From: Octopus sinensis
Taxonomy: Eukaryota
Length of the DNA: 64,000 nt
Assembly (NCBI RefSeq): GCF_006345805.1
Contig: NC_043014.1
Span: forward strand, 53,134,001 to 53,198,000
Reading direction: 5' to 3'
This document shows positions 35,366 through 48,332 of the stretch, piece after piece. A program made the translations under genes and the position numbers. Positions within the stretch are counted from its first letter, which is position 1. Every line of letters begins with the position of its first letter. The notes under the pieces were generated by a model. That model worked only from the letters and a program-made list of their open reading frames with translations. It was not told the DNA's origin and searched no databases.

Positions 35366-38300
35366 ATCTTTCTTCCCTTCTGCCCCATCTTTCTTCCCTT
35401 CTGCCCCATCTTTCTTCCCTTCTGCCCCATCTTTCTTCCCTTCTACCCCATCTTTCTTCCCTTCTGGCCCCATCTTTTCTTTCTTCCCTTCTGCCCCATC
35501 TTTCTTTCCTTCCCTTCTGCCCCATCTTCTTCCCTTCTGCCCCATCTTTCTTCCCTTCTGCCCTAATCCCATCTTCTTCCCTTCTGCCCCATCTTTCTTC
35601 CCTTCTGCCCCATCTTTCTCCCTTCTGCCCCATCTTTCTTCCCTTCTGCCCCATCTTTCTTCCCTTCTCCCCATCTTTCTTCCCTTCTGCCCCCATCTTT
35701 CTTCCTTCCCTGCTGCCCATCTTTCTTCCCTTCTGCCCATCTTTCTTCCCTTCTGCCCCATCTTTCTTCCCTTCCTGCCCCATCTTTCTTCCCTTCTGCC
35801 CCATCTTTTCTTCCTTCTGCCCCATCTTTCTTCCCTTCTGCCCCATCTTTCTTCCCTTCTGCCCCATCTTTCTTCCCTTCTGCCCCATCTTTCTTCCCTT
35901 CTGCCCCATCTTTCTTCCCCTTCTGCTGCCCATCTTTCTTCCCTTCTGCCCCATCTTTCTTCCCTTCTGCCCCATCTTTCTTCCCTTCTGCCCCATCTTT
36001 CTTCCCTTCTGGCCCCATCTTTCTTCCCTTCTGCCCCATCTTTCTTCCCTTCTGCCCCATCTTTCTTCCCTTCTGCCCCATCTTTCTTCCCTTCTGCCCC
36101 ATCTTTCTTCCCTTCTGCCCCATCTTTCTTCCTTCTGTCTGCCCCATCTTTCTTCCCTTCTGCCCCATCTTTCTTCCCCCTTCTGCCCCATCTTTCTTCC
36201 CTTCTGCCCATCTTTCTTCCCTTCTGCCCCATCCTTCCCCCGTTCTGCCCCATCTTTCTTCCCTTCTGCCCCATCTTTCTTCCCTTCTGCCCCATCTTTC
36301 TTCCCTTCTGCCCCATCTTTCTTCCCTTCTGCCCCATCTTTCTTCCCTTCTGCCCCATCTTTCTTCTTCCCTTCTGCCCCATCTTTCTTTCCCTTCTACC
36401 CCATCTTTCTTCCCTTCTGCCCATCTTTCTTCCCTTCTGCCCATCTTTTTCTTCCCTTCTGCCCCATCTTTCTCCCTTCTGCCCCATCTTTCTTCCCTTC
36501 TTGCCCCATCTTTCTTCCCTTCTGCCCATCTTTCTTCCCTTCTGCCCATCTTTCTTCCCTTCTGCCCCATCTTTCTTCCCTTCTGCCCCATCTTTCTTCC
36601 CTTCTGCCCCATCTTTCTTCCTTTCTGCCCCATCTTTCTTCCCTTCTGCCCCATCTTTCTTCCCTCTGCCCCCCATCTTTCTTCCCTTCTGCCCCATCTT
36701 TCTTCCCTTCTGACCCCATCTTTCTTCCCTTCTGCCCCATCTTTCTTCCCTTCTACCCTGTCCCCCATCTTTCTTCCCTTCTTCTGCCCCATCTTTCTTC
36801 CTTCTTCTAACCCCATCTTTCTTCCCTTCTGCCCCATCTTTCTTCCTTCTGCCCCATCTTTCTTCCCTTCTACCCCATCTTTCTTCCCTTCTGCCCATCT
36901 TTCTTCCCTTCTACCCCCATCTTTCTTCCCTTCTGCCCCATCTTTCTCCCCTTCTGCCCCCATCTTTCTTCCCTTCTGCCCCATCTTTCTTCCCTTCTGC
37001 CCCATCTTTCTTCCCTTCTGCCCCATCTTTCTTCCCTTCTACCCCATCTTTCTTCCCTTCTGCCCCATCTTTCTTCCCTTCTGCCCCATCTTTCTTCCCT
37101 TCTCCCCCATCTTTCTTCCCTTCTGCCCCATCTTTCTTCCCTTCTGCCCCATCTTTCTTCCCTTCTGCCCCATCTTTCTTCCCTTCTGCCCCATCTTTCT
37201 TCCCTTCTACCCCATCTTCTTCCCTTCTACCCCATCTTTCTTCCCTTCTGCCCCATCTTTCTTCCCTTCTTGCCCCATCTTTCTTCCCTTCTACCCCATC
37301 TTTCTTCCCTTCTGCCCCATCTTTCTTCTTCCCTCTGCCCCATCTTTCTTCCCTTCTACCCCATCTTTCTTCCCTTCTGCCCACCTTCTTCCCCCATCTT
37401 CTTTCTTCCCTTCTATCTACCCCATCTTTCTTCCCTTCTGCCCCATCTTTCTTCCCTTCTGCCCCATCTTTCTCTTTCTTCCCTCTTTCTAGCACTCTAC
37501 CCATCTTTCTTCCCTTCTGCCCCATCTTTCTTCCCTTCTACCCCCCATCTTTCTTCCCTCTACCCCCTTCTTCTTCCCTTCTGCCCCCATCTTTCTTCCC
37601 TTCTGCCCCATCTTTCTTCCCTTCTGCCCCATCTTTCTTCCCTTCTACCCCCATCTTTCTTCCCTTCTGCCCCCACCATCTTTCTTCCCTTCTACCCCAT
37701 CTTCTTCCCTTCTACCTACCCCATCTTTCTTCCCTTCTGCCCCATCTTTCTTCCCTTCTGCCCCATCTTTCTTCCCTTCTGCCTTCTGCCCCATCTTTCT
37801 TCCCTTCTTCTCCTCTACCCCATCTTTCTTCCCCTCGCCCATCTTTCTTCCTTCTGCCCCATCTTTCTTCCCTTCTACCCCCATCTTTCTTCCCCTCTCC
37901 CATTTCTTCCCTTCTTGGCCCCATCTTTCTTCCCTTCTAACCCCATCTTCTTCCCTTCTGCCCCATCTTTCTTGCCCCATCTTTCTTCCCTTCTCCCCTT
38001 TCTTCCCTTCTACCCCATCTTTCCTTCCCTTCTGCCCCATCTTTCTTCCCTTCTCCCCATCTTTCTTCCTTCTGCCCCATCTTTCTTCTTTCTTTTCTTC
38101 CCTCTACCCCATCTTTCTTCCCTTCTGCCCCATCTTTCTTCCCTTCTACCCCATCTTTCTTCCCTTCTGCCCCATCTTTCTTCCCTTCTACCCCATCTTT
38201 CTTCCCTTCTGCCCCATCTTTCTTCCCTTCTACCCCATCTTTCTTCCCTTCTGCCCCATCTTTCTTCCCTTCTGCCCCATCTTTCTTCCCTTCTACCCCA

Positions 38301-41300
38301 TCTTTCTTCCCTTCTGCCCCATCTTTCTTCCCTTCTGCCCCATCTTTCTTCCCTTCTGCCCCATCTTTCTTCCCTTCTCCCCTCTTTCTTCCCTTCTGCC
38401 CCATCTTTCTTCCCCTCTTCTTCCCTCTGCCCCATCTTTCTTCCCTTCTGCCCCATCTTTCTTCCCTTCTTCCCATCTTTCTTCCCTTCTGCCCCATCTT
38501 TCTTCCCTTCTGCCTGCCCATCTTTCTTCCCTTCTGCCGCCATCTTTTCTTCCCTTCTGCCCCATCTTTCTTCCCTTCTGCTGCCCCATCTTTCTTCCTT
38601 CTGCCCCATCTTTCTTCCCTTCTGCCCCATCTTTCTTCCCTTCTGCCCCATCTTTCTTCCCTTCTGCCCCATCTTTCTTCCCTTCTGCCCCATCTTTCTT
38701 CCCTTCTGCCCCATCTTTCTTCCCTTCTGCCCCATCTTTCTTCCCTTCTGCCCATCTTTCTTCTCCTTCTGTCTGCCCCATCTTTCTTCCCTTCTGCCCA
38801 TCTTTCTTCCCTTCTGCCCCATCTTCTTCCCTTCTGCCCATCTTTCTTCCCTTCTGCCCCATCTTTTCTTCCCTTCTGCCCCATCTTTCTTCCCTCTGCC
38901 CCATCTTTCTTCCCTTCTACCCCATCTTTCTTCCCTTCTGCCCCACTTTCTTCTTTCCCTTCTGCCCCATCTTTCTTCCCTTCTGCCCCATCTTTCTTCC
39001 CTTCTCCCCATCTTTTCTTCCCTTCTGCCCCATCTTTCTTTCCCTTCTCCCCATCTTTCTTCCCTTCTGCCCCATCTTTCTTCCCTTCTACCATCTTTCT
39101 TCCCTTCTTCCCCATCTTTCTTCCCTTCTGCCCCATCTTTCTTCCCTTCTGCCCCATCTTTCTTCCCTTCTGCCCCATCTTTCTTCCCTTCTGCCCCATC
39201 TTTCTTCCCTTCTACCCCATCTTTCTTCCCTTCTGCCCCATCTTTCTTCCCTTCTGCCCCATCTTTCTTCCCTTCTGCCCCATCTTTCTTCCCTCTCTCC
39301 CCCTCTTTCTTCCCTTCTACCCCCCCATCTTTCTTCCCTTCTGCCCCATCTTTCTTCCCTTCTGCCCCATCTTTCTTCCCCTCTACCCCATCTTTCTTCC
39401 CTTCTGCCCCATCTTTCTTCCCTTCTGCCCCATCTTTCTTCCCTTCTGCCCCATCTTTCTTCCCTTCTGCCCCATCTTTCTTCCCTTCTACCCCATCTTT
39501 CTTCCCTTCTGCCCCATCTTTCTTCTTCTGCCCCATCTTTCTTCCCTTCTGCCCCATCTTTCTCCCTTCTGCCCCATCTTTCTTCCCTTCTGCCCCATCT
39601 TTCTTCCCTTCTGCCCCATCTTTCTTCCCTTCTGCCCCATCTTTCTTCCCTTCTGCCCCATCTTTCTTCCCTCTTCTGCCCATCTTTCTTCCCTTCTGCC
39701 CCATCTTTCTTCCCTTCTGCCCCATCTTTCTTCCCTTCTGCCCCATCTTTCTTCCCTTCTGCCCCATCTTTCTTCCTTCTGCCCCCATCTTTCTTCCCTT
39801 CTGCCCCATCTTTCTTTCCCTTCTGCCCCATCTTTCTTCCTTCTGCCCCATCTTTCTTCCCTTCTGCCCCATCTTTCTTCCCTTCTCCCATCTTTCTTCC
39901 CTTCTGCCCCATCTTTTCTATCCTTCTGTCTGCCCCATCTTTCTTCCCTTCTGCCCCATCTTTCTTCCCTTCTGCCCCATCTTTCTTCCCTTCCCTGCCC
40001 CATCTTTCTTCCTTCTCCCCATCTTTCTTCCCTTCTGCCCCATCTTTCTTCCCTTCTACCCCATCTTTCTTCCCTTCTGCCCCATCTTTCTTCCCCTCTG
40101 CCCCATCTTTCTTCCCTTCTGCCCCATCTTTCTTCTTCCTTCTGCCCCATCTTTCTTCCCTTCTGCCCCATCTTTCTTCCTTCTGCCCCATCTTTCTTCC
40201 CTTCTGCCCATCTTCTTCCCTTCTGCCCCATCTTTCTTCCCTTCTGTCTGCCCCATCTTTCTTCCCTTCCTGCCCCATCTTTCTTCCCTTCTGCCCCATC
40301 TTTTTCTTCCCTTCTGCCCCATCTTTCTTCCCTTCTGCCCATCTTTCTTCCCTTCTGCCCCATCTTTCTTCCCTTCTACCCCATCTTTCTTCCCCTTCTG
40401 CCCCATCTTTCTTCCCTTCTGCCCCATCTTTCTTCCCTTCTGCCCCATCTTTCTTCCCTTCTGCCCATCTTTCTTCCCTTCTGCCCCCATCTTTCTTCCT
40501 TCTGCCCCATCTTTCTTCCCTTCTGCCCCATCTTTCTTCCCTTCTGCCCCATCTTTCTTCCCTTCTGCCCCCTCTTTCTTCCTTCTCTTTGCCCCATCTT
40601 TCTTCCCTTCTACCCCATCTTTCTTCCCTTCTGCCCCATCTTTCTTCCTTCTCTGCCCCATCTTTCTTCCCTTCTGCCCCATCTTTCTTCCCTTCTGCCC
40701 CATCTTTCTTCCCTTCTGCCCATCTTTCTTCCTTCTGCCCCATCTTTCTTCCCTTCTGCCCCATCTTTCTTCCCTTCTGCCCCATCTTTCTTCCCTTCTG
40801 CCCCATCTTTCTTCCCTTCTGCCCCATCTTTCTTCCCTTCTGCCCCATCTTTCTTCCCTTCTGCCCCATCTTTCTTCCCTTCTGCCCCATCTTTCTTCCC
40901 TTCTGCCCCATCTTTCTATCCTTCTGCCCCATCTTTCTTCCCTTCTGCCCCATCTTTCTTCCCTTCTGCCCCATCTTTCTTCCCTTCTGCCCCATCTTTC
41001 TTCCCTTCTGCCCCATCTTTCTTCCCTTCTGCCCCATCTTTCTTCCCTTCTGCCCCATCTTTCTTCCCTTCCTTCCTGCCCCATCTTTTCTTCCCTTCTG
41101 CCCCATCTTTCTTCCCTTCTGCCCCATCTTTCTTCCCTTCTGCCCCATTTTCTTCCCTTCTTCCCTGCCCCATCTTTCTTCCCTTCTCTGCCCCATCTTT
41201 CTTCCCTTCTGCCCCATCTTTCTCCCTTCTGCCCCATCTTTCTTCCCTTCTGCCCCATCTTTCTTCCCTTCTGCCCCATCTTTCTTCCCTTCTGCCCCAT

Positions 41301-44300
41301 CTTTCTTCCCTTCTGCCCCATCTTTCTTCCCTTCTGCCCCATCTTTCTTCCCTTCTGCCCCATCTTTCTTCCCTTCTGCCCCATCTTTCTTCCCTTCTTC
41401 CCCATCTTTCTTCCCTTCTGCCCCATCTTTCTTCCCTTCTGCCCCATCTTTCTTCCCTTCTGCCCCATCTTTCTTCCCTTCTGCCCCATCTTTCTTCCTT
41501 CTTCCTTCTGCCCCATCTTTCTTCCCTTCTGCCCCATCTTTCTTCCCTTCTGCCCCATCTTTCTTCCCTTCTCCCCATCTTTCTTCCCTTCTGCCCCATC
41601 TTTCTTCCCTTCTGCCCTCTTTCTTCCCTTCTGCCCCATCTTTCTTCCCTTCTGCCCCATCTTTCTTCCCTTCTGCCCCATCTTTCTTCCCTTCTTCTGC
41701 CCCATCTTTCTTCCCTTCTGCCCCATCTTTCTCCCTCTGCCCCATCTTTCTTCCCTTCCCCCATCTTTCTTCCCTTCTGCCCCATCTTTCTTCCCTTCTG
41801 CCCCATCTTTCTTCCCTTCTCTGCCCCATCTTTTTCCTTCTGCTGCCCCATCTTTCTTCCCTTCTGCCCCATCTTTCTTCCCTTCTGCCCCATCTTTCTT
41901 CCCTTCTGCCCCATCTTTCTTCCTTCTTCTGCCCCATCTTTCTCCCTTCTGCCCCATCTTTCTTCCCTTCGCCCCATCTTTCTTCCTTCTTTTCTGCCCC
42001 ATCTTTCTTCCCTCTGCCCCATCTTTCTTCCTTCTTCTACCCCATCTTTCTTCCCTTCTGCCCCATCTTTCTTCCCTTCTGCCCCATCTTTCTTCCCTTC
42101 TGCCCCATCTTTCTTCCCTTCTCTTCTGCCCCATCTTTCTTCCCTTCTGCCCCATCTTTCTTCCCTCTGCCCCATCTTTCTTCCCTTCTGCCCCCATCTT
42201 TCTTCCCTTCTGCCCCATCTTTCTTCCCTTCTGCCCCATCTTTCTTCCTTCTGCCCCATCTTTCTTCCCTTCTGCCCCATCTTTCTTCCCTTCTGCCCCA
42301 TCTTTCTTCCCTTCTGCCCCCATCTTTCTTCCCTTCTGCCCATCTTTCTTCCCTTCTGCCCCATCTTTCTTCCCTTCTGCCCCATCTTTCTTCCTTCTCC
42401 TTCTGCCCATCTTTCTTCCCTTCTGCCCCATTTTTCTTCCCTTCTGCCCCATCTTCTTCCTTCTGCCCCATCTTTCTTCCCTTCTGCCCCATCTTTCTTC
42501 CTTCTGTCCCCATCTTTCTTCCCTTCTGCCCCATCTTTCTTCCCTTCTGCCCCCATCTTTCTTCCCTTCTGCCCCATCTTTCTTCCCTTCTTCTGCCCCA
42601 TCTTTCTTCCCTTCTGCCCCATCTTTCTTCCTTCTGCCCCATCTTTCTTCCCTTCTGCCCCATCTTTCTTCCCTTCTGCCCCATCTTTCTTCCCTTCTGC
42701 CCCATCTTTCTTCCCTTCTGCCCCATCTTTCTTCCTTCTGCCCCATCTTTCTTCCCTTCTGCCCCCATCTTTCTTCCCTTCTGCCCCCATCTTTCTTCCC
42801 TTCTGCCCCATCTTTCTTCCCTTCTGCCCCATCTTTCTTCCCTTCTGCCCCATCTTTCTCCCTTCTGCCCCATCTTTCTTCCCTTCTGCCCCATCTTTCT
42901 TCCCTTCTGCCCCCTCTTTCTTCCCTTCTGCTGCCCCATCTTTCTTCCCTTCTGCCCCATCTTTCTTCCCTTCTGCCCCATCTTTCTTCCCTTCTGCCCA
43001 TCTTTCTCCCTTCTGCCCCATCTTTCTTCCTTCTGCCCCATCTTTCTTCCCTTCTGCCCCATCTTTCTTCCCTTCTGCCCCATCTTCTTCCCTTCTGCCC
43101 CATCTTTTTCTCCCTTCTGCCCCATCTTTCTTCCCTTCTGCCCATCTTTCTTCCCTTCTGCCCTCTTTCTTCCCTTCTGCCCCATCTTTCTTCCCTTCTG
43201 CCCCCTCTTTCTTCTTCCCCCTTCTGCCCCATCTTTCTTCCCTTCTGCCCCATCTTTCTTCCCTTCTGCCCCATCTTTCTTCCCTTCTGCCCCATCTTTC
43301 TTTCCCTTCTGCCCCATCTTTTCTTCCCTTCTGCCCCATCTTTCTTCCCTTCTGCCCCATCTTTCTCCCTTCTGCCCATCTTCTTTTTTCTTTCCCTTCT
43401 AGCCCCATCTTTCTTCCCTTCTGCCCCATCTTTCTTCCCTTCTGCCCCATCTTTCTTCCCTTCTGCCCCATCTTTCTTCCCTTCTGCCCATCTTTCTTCC
43501 CTTCTGCCCCATCTTTCTTCCCTTCTGCCCATCTTTCTTCCCTTCTGCCCCATCTTTCTTCCCTTCTATACCCCATCTTTCTTCCTTCTGCCCCATCTTT
43601 CTTCCCTTCTGCCCATCTTTCTTCCCTTCTGCCCATCTTTCTTCCCTTCTGCCCCATCTTTTCTTCCCTTCTGCCCATCTTTCTTCCCTTCTGCCCCATC
43701 TTTCTTCCTTCTGCCCCATCTTTCTTCCCTTCTGCCCCCATCTTTCTTCCCTTCTGCCCCATCTTTCTTCCCTTCTGCCCATCTTTCTTCCCTTCTGCCC
43801 CATCTTTCTTCCCTTCTACCCCATCTTTCTTCCTTCTGCCCCATCTTTCTTCCCTTCTGCCCCATCTTTCTTCCCCTTCTCTGCCCCATCTTTCTTCCCT
43901 TCTGCCCCATCTTTCTTCCCTTCTGCCCATCTTTCTTCCCTTCTGCCCCATCTTTCTTCCTTCTTGCCCCATCTTTCTTCCCTTCTGCCCCATCTTTCTT
44001 CCCTTCTGCCCCATCTTTCTTCCCTTCTGCCCCCTCTTTCTTCCCTTCTGCCCCATCTTTCTTCCCTTCTGCCCCATCTTTCTTCCCTTCTGCCCCATCT
44101 TTCTTCCCTTCTGCCCCATCTTCTTCCCTTCTGCCCCATCTTTCTTCCCTTCTGCCCCATCTTTCTTCCCTTCTGCCCCATCTTTCTTCCCTTCTGCCCC
44201 ATCTTTCTTCCCTTCTTTCTGCCCCATCTTTCTTCCCTTCTGCCCCAATCTTTCTTCCCTTCTGCCCCATCTTTCTTCCCTTTCTGCCCCATCTTTCTTC

Positions 44301-46643
44301 CCTTCTGCCCCATCTTCTTCCCTTCTGCCCCATCTTTCTTCCCTTCTCCCCATCTTTCTTCCCTTCTGCCCATCTTTCTTCCCTTCTTCTGCCCCATCTT
44401 TCTTCCCTTCTGCCCCATCTTTCTTCCCTTCTGCCCCATCTTTCTTCCTTCTGCCCCATCTTTCTTCCCTTCTGCCCCATCTTTCTTCCCTCTGCCCCAT
44501 CTTTCTTCCCTTCTGCCCCATCTTTCTTCCCTTCTGCCCCATCTTTCTCCCTTCTGCCCCATCTTTCTTCCCTTCTGCCCCATCTTTCTTCCCTTCTGCC
44601 CCATCTTTCTTCCCTTCTGCCCCATCTTTCTTCCTCCCTTCTGCTGCCCCATCTTTCTTCCCTTCTGCCCCATCTTTCTTCCCTTCTACCCCATCTTTCT
44701 TCCCTTCTGCCCCATCTTTCTTCCCTTCTGCCCCATCTTTCTTCCCTTCTGCCCCATCTTTCTTCCCTTCTGCCCCATCTTTCTTCCCTTCTGCCCCATC
44801 TTTCTTCCCTTCTGCCCCATCTTTCTTCCCTTCTGCCCCATCTTTCTTCCCTTCTGCCCCATCTTTCTTCCCTTCTGCCCCATCTTTCTTCCCTTCTGCC
44901 CCATCTTTCTTCCCTTCTGCCCCATCTTTCTTCCCTTCTACCCCATCTTTCTTCCCTTCTGCCCCATCTTTCTTCCCTTCTACCCCATCTTTCTTCCCTT
45001 CTACCCCATCTTTCTTCCCTTCTGCCCCATCTTTCTTCCCTTCTGCCCCATCTTTCTTCCCTTCTGCCCCTCTTTCTTCCCTGCTGCCCCATCTTTCCTT
45101 CTCTGCCCCATCTTCTTCCCTTCTGCCCCATCTTTCTTCCCTTCTGCCCCATCTTTCTTCCCTTCTGCCCATCTTTTCTTCCCTTCTGCCCCATCTTTCT
45201 TCCCTTCTCCCCATCTTTCTTCCCTTCTGCCCCATCTTCTTCCCTTCTCTTCTGTTCTGCCCACATCTTTTCTTCCTTCTGCCCCATCTTTCTTCCCTTC
45301 TATCTGCCCCATCTTTCTTCCCTTCTGCCCCATCTTTCTTCCCTTCGCCCCATCTTTCTTCCCTCTGCCCCATCTTTCTTCCTTCTGCCCCATCTTTCTT
45401 CCCTTCTGCCCCATCTTTCTCCCTTCTGCCCCATCTTTCTTCCCTTCTGCCCCATCTTTCTTCCTTCCTTCTCCCCATCTTTCTTCCCTTCTGCCCCATC
45501 TTTCTTCCCTTCTGCCCCATCTTTCTTTCCCTTCTGCACATCTTCTTCCCTTCTGCCCCATCTTTCTTCCCTTCTGCCCCATCTTTCTTCCCTTCTGCCC
45601 CATCTTTCTTCCCTTCTGCCCCATCTTTCTTCCCTTCTGCCCCCATTCTTCTTCCCGTGCTGCCCCATCTTTCTTCCCTTCTGCCCCATCTTTCTTCCCT
45701 TCTGCCCCCATCTTCTTCCCTTCTGCCCCATCTTTCTTCCCTTCTGTTCTGCCCATCTTTCTTCCTTCTGCCCCATCTTTCTTCCCTTCTGCCCCATCTT
45801 TCTTCCCTCTGCCCCCATCTTTCTTCCCTTCTGCCCCATCTTTCTTCCTTCTGGCCCCATCTTTCTTCCCTTCTGCCCCATCTTTCTTCCCTTCTGCCCA
45901 TCTTTCTTCCCTTCTGCCCCATCTTTCTCCATCTTTCTTCCTTCTGCCCAAACTTTCCATCCTTCTGCCCCATCTTCTTCCCTTCTGCCCCATCTTTCTT
46001 CCTTCTGCCCCATCTTTCTTCCCTTCTGCCCCATCTTTCTTCCCCTTCTGCCCCATTCTTTCTTCCCTTCTGCTGCCCATCTTTCTTCCCTTCTGCCCCA
46101 TCTTTCTTCCCTTCTGCCCCATCTTTCTTCCTTCTGCCCCATCTTTCTTCCCTTCTGCCCCATCTTTCTTCCCTTCTGCCCCATCTTTCTTCCCTTTGCC
46201 CCATCTTTCTTCCTTCCTGCCCCTCTTTCTTCCCTTCTGCCCCATCTTTCTTCCTTCTGCCCCATCTTTCTTCCCTTCTGCCCCATCTTTCTTCCCTTCT
46301 GCCCCATCTTTCTTCCCTTCTGCCCCATCTTTCTTCCCTTCTGCTGCCCCTCTTTCTTCCCTTCTGCCCCATCTTTCTTCCCTTCTGCCCCATCTTTCTT
46401 CCCTTCTGCCCCATCTTCTATCCTTCTTCCGCCCCATCTTTCTTCCCTTCTGCCCCATCTTTTCTCCTTCTCCCCATCTTTCTTCCCTTTCTGCCCATCT
46501 TTCTTCCTTCTGCCCCATCTTTCTTCCCTTCTGCCCCATCTTTCTTCCTTCTGCCCATCTTTCTTCCCTTCTGCCTTCTGCCCCCATCTTTCTTCCCTTC
46601 TGCCCCATCTTTCTTCCCTTCTGCCCCATCTTTCTTCCCTTCT
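35366..46643. repeat. Satellite/minisatellite array, 21-bp unit CCCTTCTGCCCCATCTTTCTT, ~11.3 kb (~530-550 copies)
   Basis: Directly visible. The unit is 10 C, 9 T, 1 G and 1 A. Frequent 1-3 nt indels and a G>A (CTACCCC) variant occur. Confidence 0.99.
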
Positions 46644-46689
46644 CCTCAACCTTCTCCTCAACCTTCTCCTCAACCTTCTCCTCAACCTT
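46639..46689. repeat. 12-bp tandem repeat x4 (CTTCTCCTCAAC) capping the satellite
   Basis: Directly visible. Confidence 0.95.
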
Positions 46690-46867
46690 TCGGACCCCTT
46701 CACCACTATTTTCTTCCTTTTCTCTTAGTTTTTGTCATGTGGTCCTCACATTTTCAAATATTTGCAATTTCTATTTTTACTGCTCATATTTGCTCCGCTT
46801 GATATATTTCCAAAATCAAACATATTAATATGCAAAATATACTTCACATTATAATATACTATATGTT

Positions 46868-47616
46868 AATGCAAAAAAATATTGTATTTATTGACTGTCT
46901 TCAAAATGGTTACACCATCAATGGAAAATTCGATGCCAACTTGCTAAGGGAGTTATGAAAGGCTATGAAGACCAAACACCCAGAAAAACTGATGAATGGG
47001 GTCTGGTTTCATTAGGACAATGCTTCAACACACAAGACCTTGGTTTCAATGGCTGCTGTGCATGACTGGCTTTGAACTGGTTGATCACGCCTCCCCCCTA
47101 TGTTAGTGATTTGATTCCATCTGGTTATTATCTGTTTCCCAACATAGCAAAACATTCAGCTGGACACCAGTATCCCTGTGATGATGATGATGTCTTCTCT
47201 GTTGTTGATGACCATTTTGACCAACAGAACAGCTTCTTCACCAGTGCCATCCAAGCACTGAAACTATTCGGTTGGTGCATAATTATTGCAGTTTTTTTTT
47301 CCAACAATTCTTCTTTCAACAAATACAATATCAAGACATAACAAAAACATCTTTTAATGATTATTCTGGAGCATATTCACCATCCACTTCAATTACTGCT
47401 TCCCATTTGCTTGGGAGACGGTCAAATCGTCATTTAAAGATGTTTTTGTTGAATAAAATTTGTTAAAAACAAAAAAGCCGCAACAATTATGCACCAACCC
47501 AATACTTATGGAAATGTGTGGACAATAAGAGGAACTACGTTAAAAAAACGAAATTCATTTGGTCCCATTCCATGAGAGTGTCTTGCTCAGCCGTTGACCA
47601 TTTCAGCCGACCCTCC
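46868..47616 (+). mobile_element. Mariner transposase pseudogene (catalytic domain plus right TIR), interrupted by a nested mariner derivative
   Basis: IDCLQNGYTING..KHPEKL..FHxDNASTH..ELVDH.PY..DL.PSGYYLFPN. It resumes after the insertion as WKCVD..NYV and ends TTCAGCCGACCCTCC|TA. Confidence 0.8.
47267..47502 (-). mobile_element. Mariner deletion derivative / MITE (Hsmar1/MADE1-like TIRs), TA TSD
   Basis: TA|TTCGGTTGGTGCATAATTATTGCAG ... GCCGCAACAATTATGCACCAACCCAA|TA. The minus-strand interior reads DRLPSKWEAVIEVDGEYAPE*, a mariner C-terminus. Confidence 0.85.
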
Positions 47617-47819
47617 TAATTATAAGAATTATTATTATGCTTGCTTTTGTTTTAATGTTAACATTGAAAAAAAAATCCACATTTTTCATTAAAGAATTTG
47701 GACCTGGGTTTGCAGCCACTAAGAAAATTTTGTTGCTGGGCCACTGTGCCGAGAGACTGAACCCAAAATTAAGCGGTTACAAAGCAAGCTTGAATTTCCA
47801 GAAAAAGAAATCAACCAAA

Positions 47820-48332
47820 TCTCTATATATAAAACTGTAGTTGTGTGAGTGTCTGTCCCCTTCGATTTAGATTCCTAACTCCTCCCACATTTTGCGGTGC
47901 AGTTTAACCAAATTCGGGTATCTTATAGTCGTGATTCATATCGAGCCCGTCTGGGTATTAGCGCGCGTCTACGATGAGTCTACGATTTAAAAAAAAATTT
48001 AACATCATTTTTTATTCCATTTTAATGCATAATTTTTCGTGTGTCGATGGCGGCGGAGTTGGCGTCCATGGTCACGCCTGCACCTGTTTGCTTCTCCCCC
48101 TTCTTCCCTCCCTCGTGAAGCTGTGGGGAAGGGAGTGTAAGGAAATCAACGTCGTAAAGCGTTGTCAAGGAGACCAGCGTTCTTTTAGAACAACGACTTC
48201 ATGGCTTGAAGACACCAAAACAGAAATGGCTAAGAAAGCCCGAATTGGCATCTATAAGGGAAGTAACTCTCTAAAAATGCTTATATAGTTATTTCCCTTA
48301 CAAACCCGAGCAACGCCGGGCGATACTGCTAG
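47820..48332 (+). mobile_element. Non-autonomous Helitron (513 bp)
   Basis: 5' TC (TCTCTATATATAAAA), subterminal hairpin CCCGAGCAACGCCGGG and 3' CTAG. Inserted between A (47819) and T (48333) with no TSD. Confidence 0.85.

Noticed and set aside
35122-46828. Giant ORFs (up to 3152 aa; PHLSSLL, CPIFLPF, APSFFPS, GQKGRKM, GRREERW, AEGKKDG)
   Set aside because: They are a by-product of a stop-free 21-bp unit. The frames switch at every indel, all six frames are equally open, and the flanks contain stops in every minus-strand frame, with no start or splice context.
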